A stretch of DNA of 46,394 nt from Patescibacteria group bacterium (lineage in GTDB: Bacteria; Patescibacteriota; Doudnabacteria; UBA920; 2-01-FULL-50-11): positions 1-46,394 of the forward strand of contig JAMDAJ010000059.1 of NCBI GenBank assembly GCA_023485925.1. Direction: 5' to 3'. This document shows positions 34,298 through 44,109 of the stretch, piece by piece. Position 1 is the first letter of the stretch. Every line of letters begins with the position of its first letter. Made by a program: the position numbers and the translations under genes. The notes beneath the pieces are model-generated. The model was given only the letters and a program-made list of their open reading frames with translations, had not been told where the DNA came from and did not search any database.

Positions 34298-37200
34298 GTG
34301 TTTATGTTCGGCGTTTTTTTCTCCAGGCGTTTTAGTCCCAACCAGACCGTGCCCGTTTCCCCCGCGTCAAAATTCGTCTGCCAATCCACGCTTTGGCGGG
34401 AACCAATGACCCGCTCGATACCGGTTTTTCCGATATCAAAATATTCAAAGGCGTCATAGACGGCCTGATTCGACGTTTCGTAATAGAGTTCCACCCGCTC
34501 GCCCACCGAAAGGCCCGAGAGTCTCCGTAATTCCTGCACTGCCCGTTCCAGATCGCGAGCCAGCCCCTTTGAAAGAAGTTCCGGAGTCAATTCAGCATCG
34601 ACATAGAGTACGTATTCGTCCGTGGACGATTCGAGTTTAGCGAAACGGGCGTCTTGCGGAGGGGTCGGAGCGATCGATAAATTGACAAAGTTCAGCTCCT
34701 CCGCCAATAGGTCAAGGTACGGCGTGAGTTCCGAGGATTTTTGCACAACGATAAGTTCGGACAGCGGCTGGCGCACTTTTAAACCGCGGGTTTTGCGGAA
34801 AGCCAGCACCGCCTCGGCGATCTTGCGCGCCTGTTCCATCATCGCAAGTTGGTCTCGATCCCCCTCGGTGAGTTCCTTCGACTGCGGCCACTCGTGCAAA
34901 TGCACCGAAACCGGAAAATCAGGATGATGGAGATTCAAATATATCGCTTCGGATAAAAACGGCATGAACGGCGCCAGTAACCGCACGATATAGATCAGGA
35001 GACGATAGAGGGTGGCAAAAAAGCGTCGTCCGTTCGGCCGCGCCGAGCGACGCAGATACCACGTAGATAGATCATCGATCAGCCGCTCCAAAGATCTAGC
35101 GGAACGGAACACATCGTAATGCTCCAAATTACTCGTCACCTCGTTAACGACCTGCTGCAGTCGGGCATTGATCCATTTATCCAAAACGCGTTCGGAATCC
35201 TTACTTTGCGCCGGAGAGATTCGCGGATCAAAGGTCCAGCCACGGGTATTGGCGTAAGTGATGAAATAGTTAGAAACGTTCCAAAGGATCATCTGTAAAC
35301 GCCGCTGCATTCGGGATAAATCGGCCTCCATAAATAATTTGGGACTCCCCGGCTGATTGACGGAATACATATACCAACGCACGATGTCGGCACCGTATTT
35401 TGAAAACAGGTCTTCGGGCACGACCACGTTGCCTTTGGATTTGCTCATTTTCTGTCCGCGGGCGTCCAAAATATGCCCAAGACAAATAACGTTCCTAAAC
35501 GGCGGCCGAGTTTCTCCCAAAGCCGTGGACACGGCTAGAAGCGTGTAAAACCAGCCGCGCGTCTGGTCAATGGCCTCGGAAATGTAGTCGGCCGGGAACT
35601 GCTTGGTGAAAATCTCCTGATTCTCGAACGGCCAGTGCCATTGCGCGTAAGGCATCGCGCCGGAATCGAACCACACGTCCAAAACTTCCGGCACGCGCGA
35701 CATTGCTTCGCCGCAATGCTCACATTTCAATTTTATCTCGTCCACATACGGCCGATGCAGGTCGAGCTTTTGGCTATCGAACTTTTGCCCTCCCTTTAAC
35801 GCTTTCTGCTCCAGTTCTTCCACTGAACCCACGCAAAGATATTCTTTGCAGCTTCCGCAGCGCCAAAACGGCAGCGGCGTGCCCCAGTAACGCTCGCGCG
35901 AGATGGCCCAGTCTTTTATCTCGGACAGCCAGCCGCCGAAACGACCGTGTTTGATGTACTCCGGCACCCAAATAATCTGCTCGTTGTTGGCAAGCAGCTC
36001 GTCTTTTAGGGCACTCACCCGAACGAACCAGGAATCGCGGGCGTAATACAGCAACGGCGTCCCACAGCGCCAACAGAACGGATAATCATGACGGTATGGC
36101 AGCTCGCGAAATATCGCCCGGTGTTTGTGCAAATGATGCAATAAGTGCTTTTCAGCCTCCGGTGTCTTCGCCTCGCGGCCGGAAAGCTCGCCGAGGCCGC
36201 TTACGAACCGGCCCGACTCGTCGACGGTATGAACCTTCGGCAAACCCAACCTAGTCCCTAAACGGTAGTCATCTTCCCCGTACATCACCGCGGTATGCAC
36301 GATGCCGGTGCCATCTTCCACGGTCACGAAATCCGCGGGATAAACCCGGAAGGCCTTTGGCGCGGCAAGCGGGGTAAAGGAAAACAGCGGCTCGTAATGC
36401 AGACCCACCAGATCGCGGCCGGAGACTTTCTCCAGCACCGTGAATGGCCCGGTGATAACCCGTTCTAAAAGCGCGCTGGCAAGAATATAATTGCAATCCT
36501 GGGCTTTGATGATGGAATAGCCGATGTCCTCTCCGACGGCTAAGGCAACATTGCCGGGCAGCGTCCAGGGCGTCGTGGTCCAGGACAGGAGATAGGTCGG
36601 CTGGTCCAATTTCACCACGACCTTGTGCCCCTTGCCGTCACGCGCTTCGATCTTGTCAGAGCGCAGCTTGAATTTGATATAAACGGAATTTTCCTCCACG
36701 CTCTTATAACCCTGCGCCACTTCGTGGGAAGATAGCGCGGTGCCGCAGCGCGGGCAATAAGGCAGAACCTTGTGGCCCTGATAGATTAACGACTGCTTGT
36801 TTTTTTGCCGGTCCCACAGGCGTTTCAAAATCGCCCACACGCTCTCAATATAATTCCGCTCGTAGGTGATATACGGCTGCTTCAGATCCAGCCAAAAACC
36901 CATCCGGTTGGTGAAATGCTCCCACTCATCCTTATATTTCCAAACCGACTCGCGGCAGAGGCGGTTGAATTTTTCGATACTCGCCCGAGAATCACCCGGC
37001 ACCAGATTTTCGATGTCGCGCTTCCCGGAGATCTTCAGGGTTTTCTCGACTTCGATCTCCACCGGCAGGCCTTGGGTGTCCCAACCGGCTTTTCTGCCCA
37101 CGAAACGCCCCCGCATGGTCTGGTAGCGCAGGATAACGTCTTTGAAAGCCCGCGCCTCCACGTGATGGAGACCGGGCCGGCCATTGGCCGTGGGCGGACC

Positions 37201-37338
37201 CTCAAAAAAGACGAAATGTTTTTTTCCTTTTGAATTTTCCAGCGACTTTTCGAAAATCTTCTCCGCCTGCCAAAACTTGAGGATATTTTCCTCCAGTTTT
37301 GGAAAGTTCGGCTGTGGTTCGAGGGATTTAAAAGGCAT
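34294..37338 (-). CDS. ileS: isoleucine--tRNA ligase
   Basis: PPTANGRPGLHHV (HIGH region), KMSKSKGN, WCISRQR-like WAISRERYWG. 1014 aa. Confidence 0.93.
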   Translation of the reverse strand: MPFKSLEPQPNFPKLEENILKFWQAEKIFEKSLENSKGKKHFVFFEGPPTANGRPGLHHVEARAFKDVILRYQTMRGRFVGRKAGWDTQGLPVEIEVEKTLKISGKRDIENLVPGDSRASIEKFNRLCRESVWKYKDEWEHFTNRMGFWLDLKQPYITYERNYIESVWAILKRLWDRQKNKQSLIYQGHKVLPYCPRCGTALSSHEVAQGYKSVEENSVYIKFKLRSDKIEARDGKGHKVVVKLDQPTYLLSWTTTPWTLPGNVALAVGEDIGYSIIKAQDCNYILASALLERVITGPFTVLEKVSGRDLVGLHYEPLFSFTPLAAPKAFRVYPADFVTVEDGTGIVHTAVMYGEDDYRLGTRLGLPKVHTVDESGRFVSGLGELSGREAKTPEAEKHLLHHLHKHRAIFRELPYRHDYPFCWRCGTPLLYYARDSWFVRVSALKDELLANNEQIIWVPEYIKHGRFGGWLSEIKDWAISRERYWGTPLPFWRCGSCKEYLCVGSVEELEQKALKGGQKFDSQKLDLHRPYVDEIKLKCEHCGEAMSRVPEVLDVWFDSGAMPYAQWHWPFENQEIFTKQFPADYISEAIDQTRGWFYTLLAVSTALGETRPPFRNVICLGHILDARGQKMSKSKGNVVVPEDLFSKYGADIVRWYMYSVNQPGSPKLFMEADLSRMQRRLQMILWNVSNYFITYANTRGWTFDPRISPAQSKDSERVLDKWINARLQQVVNEVTSNLEHYDVFRSARSLERLIDDLSTWYLRRSARPNGRRFFATLYRLLIYIVRLLAPFMPFLSEAIYLNLHHPDFPVSVHLHEWPQSKELTEGDRDQLAMMEQARKIAEAVLAFRKTRGLKVRQPLSELIVVQKSSELTPYLDLLAEELNFVNLSIAPTPPQDARFAKLESSTDEYVLYVDAELTPELLSKGLARDLERAVQELRRLSGLSVGERVELYYETSNQAVYDAFEYFDIGKTGIERVIGSRQSVDWQTNFDAGETGTVWLGLKRLEKKTPNINT

Positions 37339-37398
37339 AAGAAAAAATTATCTAACGGGATCCTACTAGTTTTAGTATATCAAAAAATTCCGCTTGGT

Positions 37399-38562
37399 TT
37401 AACTCTGCGTGTTTACCTGCCGGTACAATTCCATCGTCTCTTGCGCGCACTTTTCCCAAGAAAACTCCGACGCTCGCTTTCGCCCGCGGGCTTTTAGATC
37501 TTCCCGCAGTTTCAGATCCCGCAAAGTCTTATGGACGGCCCGGGCCAAACCGTCGATATCCAGTGGGTCCACTAAAATGGCCGCTCCGCCGGACACTTCC
37601 GCAAGCGCCGAGGTGTTTGAAGTGACCACGGGCACGCCGGCTGAAAACGCCTCCAATATCGGCAGGCCAAAACCCTCGTAAAGCGAAGGATAAACGAACG
37701 ATTCGGCCGTGGCGTAAAATTTCGGCACATCCTCGGCCGGCAAATACCCCGTAAAAACCACGCAGCTTTCCAAATGACGCGATTTCACTTCCTCGTAAAT
37801 TTCCTTGTACAGCCAGCCGGGCGAACCGGCCAAAACCAGTTGATATTGTTTGAGGAACTGGGGGTCCTGTTTTGAAAGCAGATACACCGCCTCCAACAGC
37901 CGGATAAGGTTCTTCCTCGGCTCTAAAGTTCCAACAAAAAGCAGAAAAGATTTTTTTATCCGGTACTTCTGTCGCAGATATTCGCGCGTCGCGTCCGGAT
38001 CCGTTTCCTGATTGAAGCGCTGATGATCAACCCCCTCATAAATCACCTGCACGCGCTCGTCCGGTATCTTGAAGAAATCCAGAACATCCTTCTTGGTTGA
38101 CTCCGAGACCGCGATAACCTTGCGCGCCCGGTTGAGACTTTTCGGCACGAGGTATTTGATGGAAAATCCCTGCCGGCTGGGAAAAATGCCTGGGTCGCGA
38201 TAGATGGCCAGATCGTGGATGGTCACCACGTACTTCCCCTTGTAACCTAAGGGCACCACATTTGCCGGCGAATGATAAATGTCGAGTTTTTCGGCGGTCA
38301 GATTTGACGCAGCCAGAATGTGGGAATAGAGATAGGGCAAATATTTTTTGTATTCGGAATAGGTGAAAAAACGGATGACGGTGTTTGGTTCCAAAAAATC
38401 CCGGTAAATATTCTTGGCACGGTGATCAAAGAACAGCATAAACTCGTCCGCGCGGTTCAGCCGCAAGAGCGCTTTCACCAGATGATAAGTATAGTGAGCA
38501 ATGCCGGCCTTTTCGCCGGCAGAGGGATTGAGAATAGTGCGACAATCGATTCCGATACGCAT
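37399..38562 (-). CDS. glycosyltransferase family 4 (GT-B fold)
   Basis: MRIGID start and EGFGLPILEA motif. Confidence 0.85.
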   Translation of the reverse strand: MRIGIDCRTILNPSAGEKAGIAHYTYHLVKALLRLNRADEFMLFFDHRAKNIYRDFLEPNTVIRFFTYSEYKKYLPYLYSHILAASNLTAEKLDIYHSPANVVPLGYKGKYVVTIHDLAIYRDPGIFPSRQGFSIKYLVPKSLNRARKVIAVSESTKKDVLDFFKIPDERVQVIYEGVDHQRFNQETDPDATREYLRQKYRIKKSFLLFVGTLEPRKNLIRLLEAVYLLSKQDPQFLKQYQLVLAGSPGWLYKEIYEEVKSRHLESCVVFTGYLPAEDVPKFYATAESFVYPSLYEGFGLPILEAFSAGVPVVTSNTSALAEVSGGAAILVDPLDIDGLARAVHKTLRDLKLREDLKARGRKRASEFSWEKCAQETMELYRQVNTQS

Positions 38563-38777
38563 AACTACTTCAGAAAAAGATCAAATGACTAAGAAATTCA
38601 TGACAAAATTTTGAGTCCGGCCCCGAAGTGAACTTTGGCTTGGAATTTTTGGCGTAGCCGGCCAAAGTTCTACTGCGGAGTCGATTCCGATACGCACAAC
38701 TTGATACGAATTAACAAGAAATCCTTCAACTTTCCGCCTTAGGCGGGTCGCCCGGGATGACCGCGGTTTCACCGCGG

Positions 38778-40490
38778 TCACATTTCTTCCGGCGCCGTGA
38801 TACCTAAAAGACCAAGGCCGTTTTTTAAAACCTGCGCCACACTTTGGGTCAAAGCGACCTTGTGAGGAGAGGCGGGATCCTTTGCGTCAACGATCTGGAC
38901 TTCACCGTAAAATTTGTTGAAAGCGGCCGCCAAATCCAATAAATACTTAGCGAGCAGATTGGGCGCGTATGCTTGCCCCGCTCTTTCCACGACTTCTGAA
39001 AAATGCAGCAACATCCTGGCCACTTCGACCCCTTCGGCCCGGGGAGAAATTTTCGCTTTGACCTTTGCCTGCGCGGCTTTTTTAACTACCGACCGAGCCC
39101 GCGCGTGCGTGTACTGCAGATACGGACCGGAATCGCCGGTAAAGGCCAGGGACTTATCGAAATCGAAAATAATATCGCGGCCGGTGTCTTGGCGGAGGAT
39201 GGAATATTTCAAAGCGCCAATGGCAACGACCTCGGCGATATTTTCTTTTTGCGCCTCCGTTAATCCTTCTTTGGTGATTTTTCCCAACACTTTCTGCTTG
39301 ATCTCGGCAAGCAGCGCCTCGGCGGTAATGACCTTGCCGGTGCGGGAGGACATTTTACCGGCGGGCAGCCGCAACATTCCGTGCGGCATATGCAAAGTTT
39401 TTTCGGAGATGTCGGGAAAAATCAGACTCATAACCTTAAGCAATACTTTAAAGTAATCTTTTATCTCGTTACCGGTGACGATGATTGACCGACTTAATTT
39501 CGGCTCGACCTCGAATTTTCTGCGATTTAAACCCAGCTCCTTTGCTTCGTAAGTCGGCAGGCCGTTGGAATTGATAAAAACGCGGGTATGCAAGCCATAT
39601 TTTTCGCCCCGGAAGATCACGGCACCCTGGCTCTTTTCAAAAATACCGTCCTGCAAATGCGCCTCGACAATATCCTTGCCCTCGACGCCTTCTTTGCTTT
39701 CAAAAAAATAGTGGTCGAATTTCGTGCCCAAACGCCGATACATCCGTTCGAACTCACGCAAAGACACCTTGCGACCAGCGTCGTAAACCTGGTTGAGCTT
39801 TTTATCATCGCGAGCGAAAAGATGCTGGTTCATCTCCGTAATGGCCTGCTTGACCTTCTCATCCTCCTTGGCCCGGCGGGCGCCGTGAGCGTAAGCTTTA
39901 CCAAGCTCAGCCGCCGTCAAAGTTTTGAGCTCCAAACTTAAATCCAGCATGCCCCAAACAGCGGTTGCCACATGAATGCCCACGTCCCCCTGCCAATTCG
40001 CTCGGACCACCTTTGCGCCGTTGGCTGCGATGATGCGAGCAACGGCCTCGCCGATGGCGTTGCTCATCAAATGCCCGACGTGGAACTCCTTAAAAGGATT
40101 GGGGTCGGTGTATTCCGCCATCACTTTTTGTCCATGGAGGACTTTCAAACTGCCATAATTGTCCCCCGCTTTCAGGATACGACCCAAATTGGCATTAAGT
40201 TCTTTTTCCGACAGGCGAAAGTTGATAAAACCGCCGGCGGGGAAAATTTCGGCAAACCGCCCGGACTTATCCAGTTTTTTTAGCTCCCCGGCCAACTCCG
40301 CAGCCACCTCGACAGGTTTCCTTTTCAAAATTTTGGCCAAAACCAAAGGCGCGCTCACCGCATAATCGCCAAAACGCGGGTCAGGCACCGTCACTGCGAC
40401 CGCAGCGTTAACAAGTGCAATTTTCAGGTTGGAAAAAGCCGCTTTTAAAAGCTGCTCCAAATAACTTTTTGGGTCAAAATAAGTCACCAT
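38778..40490 (-). CDS. argS: arginine--tRNA ligase
   Basis: HVGHLMSNAIG (HIGH) and GKMSSRTG (KMSKS variant). The stop TGA begins the hairpin tgaccgcgg-tgaaa-ccgcggtca. Confidence 0.92.
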   Translation of the reverse strand: MVTYFDPKSYLEQLLKAAFSNLKIALVNAAVAVTVPDPRFGDYAVSAPLVLAKILKRKPVEVAAELAGELKKLDKSGRFAEIFPAGGFINFRLSEKELNANLGRILKAGDNYGSLKVLHGQKVMAEYTDPNPFKEFHVGHLMSNAIGEAVARIIAANGAKVVRANWQGDVGIHVATAVWGMLDLSLELKTLTAAELGKAYAHGARRAKEDEKVKQAITEMNQHLFARDDKKLNQVYDAGRKVSLREFERMYRRLGTKFDHYFFESKEGVEGKDIVEAHLQDGIFEKSQGAVIFRGEKYGLHTRVFINSNGLPTYEAKELGLNRRKFEVEPKLSRSIIVTGNEIKDYFKVLLKVMSLIFPDISEKTLHMPHGMLRLPAGKMSSRTGKVITAEALLAEIKQKVLGKITKEGLTEAQKENIAEVVAIGALKYSILRQDTGRDIIFDFDKSLAFTGDSGPYLQYTHARARSVVKKAAQAKVKAKISPRAEGVEVARMLLHFSEVVERAGQAYAPNLLAKYLLDLAAAFNKFYGEVQIVDAKDPASPHKVALTQSVAQVLKNGLGLLGITAPEEM

Positions 40491-40566
40491 ATCTACCTAC
40501 TATTATAACACAAAAAAAGCCGACCGGCTGATAGCGGCAATCCCGGCCTTTTGGTACAATTACTCC

Positions 40567-41025
40567 ATGAAAATACTGGCAAAAAACCGACGCGCATTTT
40601 TCGACTATGAAATTGGCGAAAAACTCGAGGCCGGTTTGGTATTATCGGGGCAGGAAGTCAAAGCCGTAAAATCGGGACAAGTAAGCTTAGCCGGCAGCTA
40701 CGCCCGCGTGCATAATGGTGAAGCTGCGCTGGTCAACGCCACCATCAAACCGTACCAGTACGCGTCCAATCTTGGAAACTACGAACCGACGGGTTCCCGG
40801 CGGCTGCTTTTACATAAACACGAACTGCTAAAACTTTCCAGCCGGCTGAACGAAAAAGGCCTCACTTTAGTACCGCTGGAACTTTATACGAAAAAAGGGC
40901 TTATCAAAGTGAGTTTAGGCGTGGGCCGCTCCAAAAAGCGCGTCGACAAGCGCGAGACCATCAAACGCCGCGAACTGCAAAAACAAATCGAGCGCGCCAC
41001 GAAAAAAGTAGTTCAAAAATCCTGA
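40567..41025 (+). CDS. smpB: SsrA-binding protein SmpB
   Basis: KILAKNRRAFFDYEI, GQEVKAVK, RRLLLHKHEL. Confidence 0.92.
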   Translation: MKILAKNRRAFFDYEIGEKLEAGLVLSGQEVKAVKSGQVSLAGSYARVHNGEAALVNATIKPYQYASNLGNYEPTGSRRLLLHKHELLKLSSRLNEKGLTLVPLELYTKKGLIKVSLGVGRSKKRVDKRETIKRRELQKQIERATKKVVQKS

Positions 41026-41038
41026 TTCAAAAGAACAA

Positions 41039-41069
41039 CCGACCGTCCGGACTTCTGTCGGATTTTTTT
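41039..41069. terminator. bidirectional terminator after smpB
   Basis: Stem ccgac/gtcgg with internal gtccggac, then T7 on the plus strand. T-rich ttgttctttt on the minus strand. Confidence 0.6.
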
Positions 41070-41154
41070 CGGCTCACAAAAAAGTCACAATATTAAAATC
41101 ACTCCCGCCGCTGCCGAATAACATTGAACCGCCCGACCAATAATTATCGCCTCA

Positions 41155-41183
41155 ATTATACGACCGTATATTTTATATGTCTG
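41155..41183 (-). promoter_or_regulatory. promoter-operator module, copy B
   Basis: Minus strand cagaca, 17-nt spacer, TATAAT. Contains the palindrome TATACG-AC-CGTATA at 41157-41170. The 25 nt at 41157-41181 are identical to 41776-41800. Confidence 0.5.
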
Positions 41184-41194
41184 GGGCAAAACGA

Positions 41195-41755
41195 TCAAAT
41201 CTTGAAATGTTTCCGCAATATTTCCTCTCCTTCCAAAACCCTAGACTCAAAAATATACAACTGGCCGGGAGCAAGCTTGTAATGTTCGCGCAATACCTCT
41301 ATCGCTTCCCTGCATGGATAGGGATGGATGTAAACGCTTTTCTGAACGTTTGAAAATCCGAGCTCCACTAATTTGTTCCTGACTAAATCCCGGCGACTGT
41401 GAAGGCTCTCGGGAACGTCGAACATCACCAGCCGCCACAATCCGTCCCAGCGCGACGGTTTTGCTATCTTTAAATCGCCCATACGGTATTTTAGCACTTG
41501 CCCTCTTCCCTTTTCCGTAAGCACTAACCGCACGACGCTTTTTTGCCTTTCGATTCTTACCATTCCCCTGCGCTGCAAATCCAAAAATGCCCTTCGGGAT
41601 GTCTGGCGACGTTGGCCGACCGCCTTGTCAACCCAATCCAAAACCAATGCCATACCAGGAAAGACGATTACTGACCCCACAACGGCGGCTGCGGCAAGCG
41701 ACATCAAAACCGCTTTAGCCACCGATTGAGTTTTGATTTTTGCGTCTTTTTTCAT
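41195..41755 (-). CDS. PaaX-like putative transcriptional regulator with N-terminal TM helix
   Basis: wHTH-like segment (AFLDLQRRGMVRIE) and the Cas2-fold/PaaX-type motif WDGLWRLVMFDVPESLHSRRDLVRNKLVELGFSNVQKSVYIHP. Confidence 0.55.
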   Translation of the reverse strand: MKKDAKIKTQSVAKAVLMSLAAAAVVGSVIVFPGMALVLDWVDKAVGQRRQTSRRAFLDLQRRGMVRIERQKSVVRLVLTEKGRGQVLKYRMGDLKIAKPSRWDGLWRLVMFDVPESLHSRRDLVRNKLVELGFSNVQKSVYIHPYPCREAIEVLREHYKLAPGQLYIFESRVLEGEEILRKHFKI

Positions 41756-41773
41756 AAAATTATAGACATCTAC

Positions 41774-41802
41774 AGTATACGACCGTATATTTTATATGTC
41801 AA
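41774..41802 (-). promoter_or_regulatory. promoter-operator module, copy A (autoregulatory position)
   Basis: Minus strand TTGACA, 17-nt spacer, TATACT, located 19 nt before the ATG. The palindrome TATACG-AC-CGTATA (41776-41789) overlaps the -10 box and spacer. Confidence 0.65.
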
Positions 41803-41880
41803 AACAACTTGCCAGTCCGGTCATAAGCTGGCAGCCTCCGCAACTTTAACTCTATATGTTCGCTGTTTGCCAATGATACC

Positions 41881-41913
41881 AAAGAAACAAAAGACGCCGG
41901 GGGACTCGGCGTC
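41881..41913 (-). terminator. intrinsic terminator
   Basis: Stem gacgccg/cggcgtc, then ttttgtttcttt on the minus strand. Overlaps the stop codon of 41912-42298. Confidence 0.65.
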
Positions 41914-42298
41914 AATCTTTCAGATCGTCCTCAGTGATGTCGCGCTCCTCAAAGGCTTGGAAATACTTACAGTAGTTCTCTAGCCATGGATCATCGATGC
42001 TCCCATTGACATGTTGCAGGACCGGGAGGATGTTAAACCGCATCCAGGGAAGCGAAGGCTCGTGGTGAGGAGCCTGAAGCAGCAAGCGGATGTGGAAAAA
42101 AATATCGTACAACAGCCAGGGGCTAAAGTAAGACAGCCGAGGCCCGAGAAGCCCTGTGACCCACGTCACCACCTTCTGTTCGTTAAGCCCGCGACGGTTG
42201 CGGGTCTTGCGGTTTCCATGGCGGCTGTCGATGACAGCCAGCACGTCCAGAGCGAGCAGTAATCTGTCGCCCGTCATAAGGAGCATTTTTTTGTGCAT
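41912..42298 (-). CDS. hypothetical protein (128 aa)
   Basis: Own promoter, strong SD (aggagggg, 3 nt before the ATG), own terminator. I recognise no family. Confidence 0.65.
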   Translation of the reverse strand: MHKKMLLMTGDRLLLALDVLAVIDSRHGNRKTRNRRGLNEQKVVTWVTGLLGPRLSYFSPWLLYDIFFHIRLLLQAPHHEPSLPWMRFNILPVLQHVNGSIDDPWLENYCKYFQAFEERDITEDDLKD

Positions 42299-42324
42299 GG
42301 CCCCTCCTATAAATACGAAAATAC

Positions 42325-42353
42325 AGTTTAGTTGTTTTCAGACTTTAAGTCAA
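42325..42353 (-). promoter_or_regulatory. sigma-70 promoter
   Basis: Minus strand TTGACT, 17-nt spacer, TAAACT. Confidence 0.6.
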
Positions 42354-42356
42354 TAG

Positions 42357-42390
42357 AAAAAACCCCGACTCGTTGCAGCGCCGGGGTTTT
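42357..42390. terminator. bidirectional terminator after the ABC transporter
   Basis: aaaaaacccc...ggggtttt. Confidence 0.65.
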
Positions 42391-42406
42391 ATGCAAGCAA
42401 ACGATT

Positions 42407-43153
42407 TTAGATTTGTATCTTGGAGAAAAGATAACTTCCCGCGGCCAAAAATATTAAGGTCACGACGGCTAAAACCGAGGTGTCCAAACCCAAGCCGAAC
42501 ACGCCCTGATTCAAAAGCAGCTCCCGCAGGGCATCGATGCCGTACGAAAGCGGGTCGAACTTGGTGACCAAGGATAGCGCCGCGGGCAAACCGGACAGCG
42601 GAAACAGCGCGCCGGAAAGAAAAAACAGCGGCATGACCAAAAAATTCATGATCAACTGAAAACCCTGCATATCGGAAAGCACCGAAGCGATGGCTGTGCC
42701 CAAAGCCGTGAACAACACCGCGACCAAAAACATCACCAAAACCGCCGGCAGCATCAGGGCCCAATTATAAGGCCGAAAACCCGGAATTAAGGCCAGCAAA
42801 AACACCACCACGCCCTGCAAAGTGGCGATGGTGGCGCCGCCCAGAGTGCGGCCGATCATAATGTTAAAGCGGGATACCGGCGCCACCATGGTCTCTTTTA
42901 AAAAGCCAAACTGCCGGTCCCAGATAACCTGGACGCCGGAGAAAACGGCGGTAAAAATAATGCTCATGCCCACGATGCCCGGCGCCAAAAAGTTGATGTA
43001 ATTCCCCTCGCCGGCGCGCTGAAAAACCGAGCCCATGCCGTAACCTAAAGCGAGAAGAAACAATAATGGCTGCCCCAAACTCCCCACGATCCGCGATTTG
43101 GACCGCCAGTAACGCTTCAGTTCCCGCAGCCACATGATATATATAGTAGACAT
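42407..43153 (-). CDS. ABC-2 type transporter permease
   Basis: Six TM helices, 248 aa, directly downstream of the ATPase gene. Confidence 0.8.
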   Translation of the reverse strand: MSTIYIMWLRELKRYWRSKSRIVGSLGQPLLFLLALGYGMGSVFQRAGEGNYINFLAPGIVGMSIIFTAVFSGVQVIWDRQFGFLKETMVAPVSRFNIMIGRTLGGATIATLQGVVVFLLALIPGFRPYNWALMLPAVLVMFLVAVLFTALGTAIASVLSDMQGFQLIMNFLVMPLFFLSGALFPLSGLPAALSLVTKFDPLSYGIDALRELLLNQGVFGLGLDTSVLAVVTLIFLAAGSYLFSKIQI

Positions 43154-43159
43154 AAATTA

Positions 43160-43960
43160 TTATCTCCTCCCCCTCCAAACCTGATGCCGCATGCGCATCT
43201 GGTCAGCGGCGCCGGCTTCCTCGTCGCGGATGGTGCTGCCGGTGAGTTTTAAAAACGCCTCTTCCAAAGATGTGGTCTGTGTTTCACCGAGCAGCTCTTC
43301 AAGTTTGCCGATGGCAATTATCCGGCCGTGATCGATGATGGCGATACGCTGTGCGATTTTCGCCGCCTCCTCCATATAATGCGTGGTGAAAAAAACCGTG
43401 ACGCCCTCTTCTTTGTTGAGTTTCTGCAAATAAGTCCACATGCTATTTCTCGTCTGCGGGTCCAGGCCCAAGGTCGGCTCGTCCAAAAACATCACTTTGG
43501 GATGATGCAAAAGCCCGCGGGCAATCTCCAGGCGCCTTTTCATGCCGCCGGAAAACTGCTTGACCAGACTTTTGCGGCGGTCCCACAGCTCCACAAAGTT
43601 CATCAGTTCTTCGATGCGGCGCCTCCGCAATTTTTTTTCGACGCCGTAAAGTACGCCGTGAAATTCCATATTCTCCCAGGCGGTGAGCTCATCGTCTAAA
43701 CTTGGGTCCTGAAACACGATGCCGAAAGACCGCCGCACCAAGCCCGGCGAGTTAACGGGGTTATAGCCGTTCAGCCGGACGCTGCCCGAGGTGGACGCAA
43801 GCAGCGTGGTCAGCATCTTGATAGTGGTGGATTTGCCGGCGCCGTTGGGCCCCAAAAAAGCAAAAATCTCACCGGGCTTCACGGTGAAAGAAATGTTGTC
43901 GACGGCGGCAAAATCGCCGAACCGTTTAGTGAGCTCTAAGACTTCTATGATGTTATCCAT
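43160..43960 (-). CDS. ABC transporter ATP-binding protein
   Basis: Walker A GPNGAGKST, signature FSGGMKRR, Walker B MFLDEPT. Confidence 0.9.
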   Translation of the reverse strand: MDNIIEVLELTKRFGDFAAVDNISFTVKPGEIFAFLGPNGAGKSTTIKMLTTLLASTSGSVRLNGYNPVNSPGLVRRSFGIVFQDPSLDDELTAWENMEFHGVLYGVEKKLRRRRIEELMNFVELWDRRKSLVKQFSGGMKRRLEIARGLLHHPKVMFLDEPTLGLDPQTRNSMWTYLQKLNKEEGVTVFFTTHYMEEAAKIAQRIAIIDHGRIIAIGKLEELLGETQTTSLEEAFLKLTGSTIRDEEAGAADQMRMRHQVWRGRR

Positions 43961-44069
43961 GTATTAGGCATCATAACAAAACTACGTCCATACGGCTAGA
44001 TGCGGTGCAAAAAAGGCAACGAAGAAAAAACCACGTGATTTTAGTTCAGACCATCTAATATCCAATTTA

Positions 44070-44098
44070 TTGACAAATCTGCCAAAATTTTATAAACT
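44070..44098 (+). promoter_or_regulatory. sigma-70 promoter of ssrA
   Basis: TTGACA, 17-nt spacer, TAAACT. Ends 11 nt before the mature 5' end. Confidence 0.65.
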
Positions 44099-44109
44099 TA
44101 TCCCACTGT

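Noticed and set aside
38581-38781. 66-aa minus-strand ORF between the GT gene and argS
   Set aside because: It starts inside the argS terminator hairpin, reads through a GTCAT-type repeat and shares only the duplicated RIGID stretch with GT. It is treated as a remnant, not a gene.
34294-40490. T-box or other leader riboswitch upstream of ileS or argS
   Set aside because: The upstream gaps are only about 60-75 nt, too short for a T-box, and I saw no specifier or antiterminator motif.
41726-41983. 85-aa plus-strand ORF across the PaaX-like promoter region
   Set aside because: It overlaps the start of the regulator gene and a minus-strand promoter and terminator, and has no start context.
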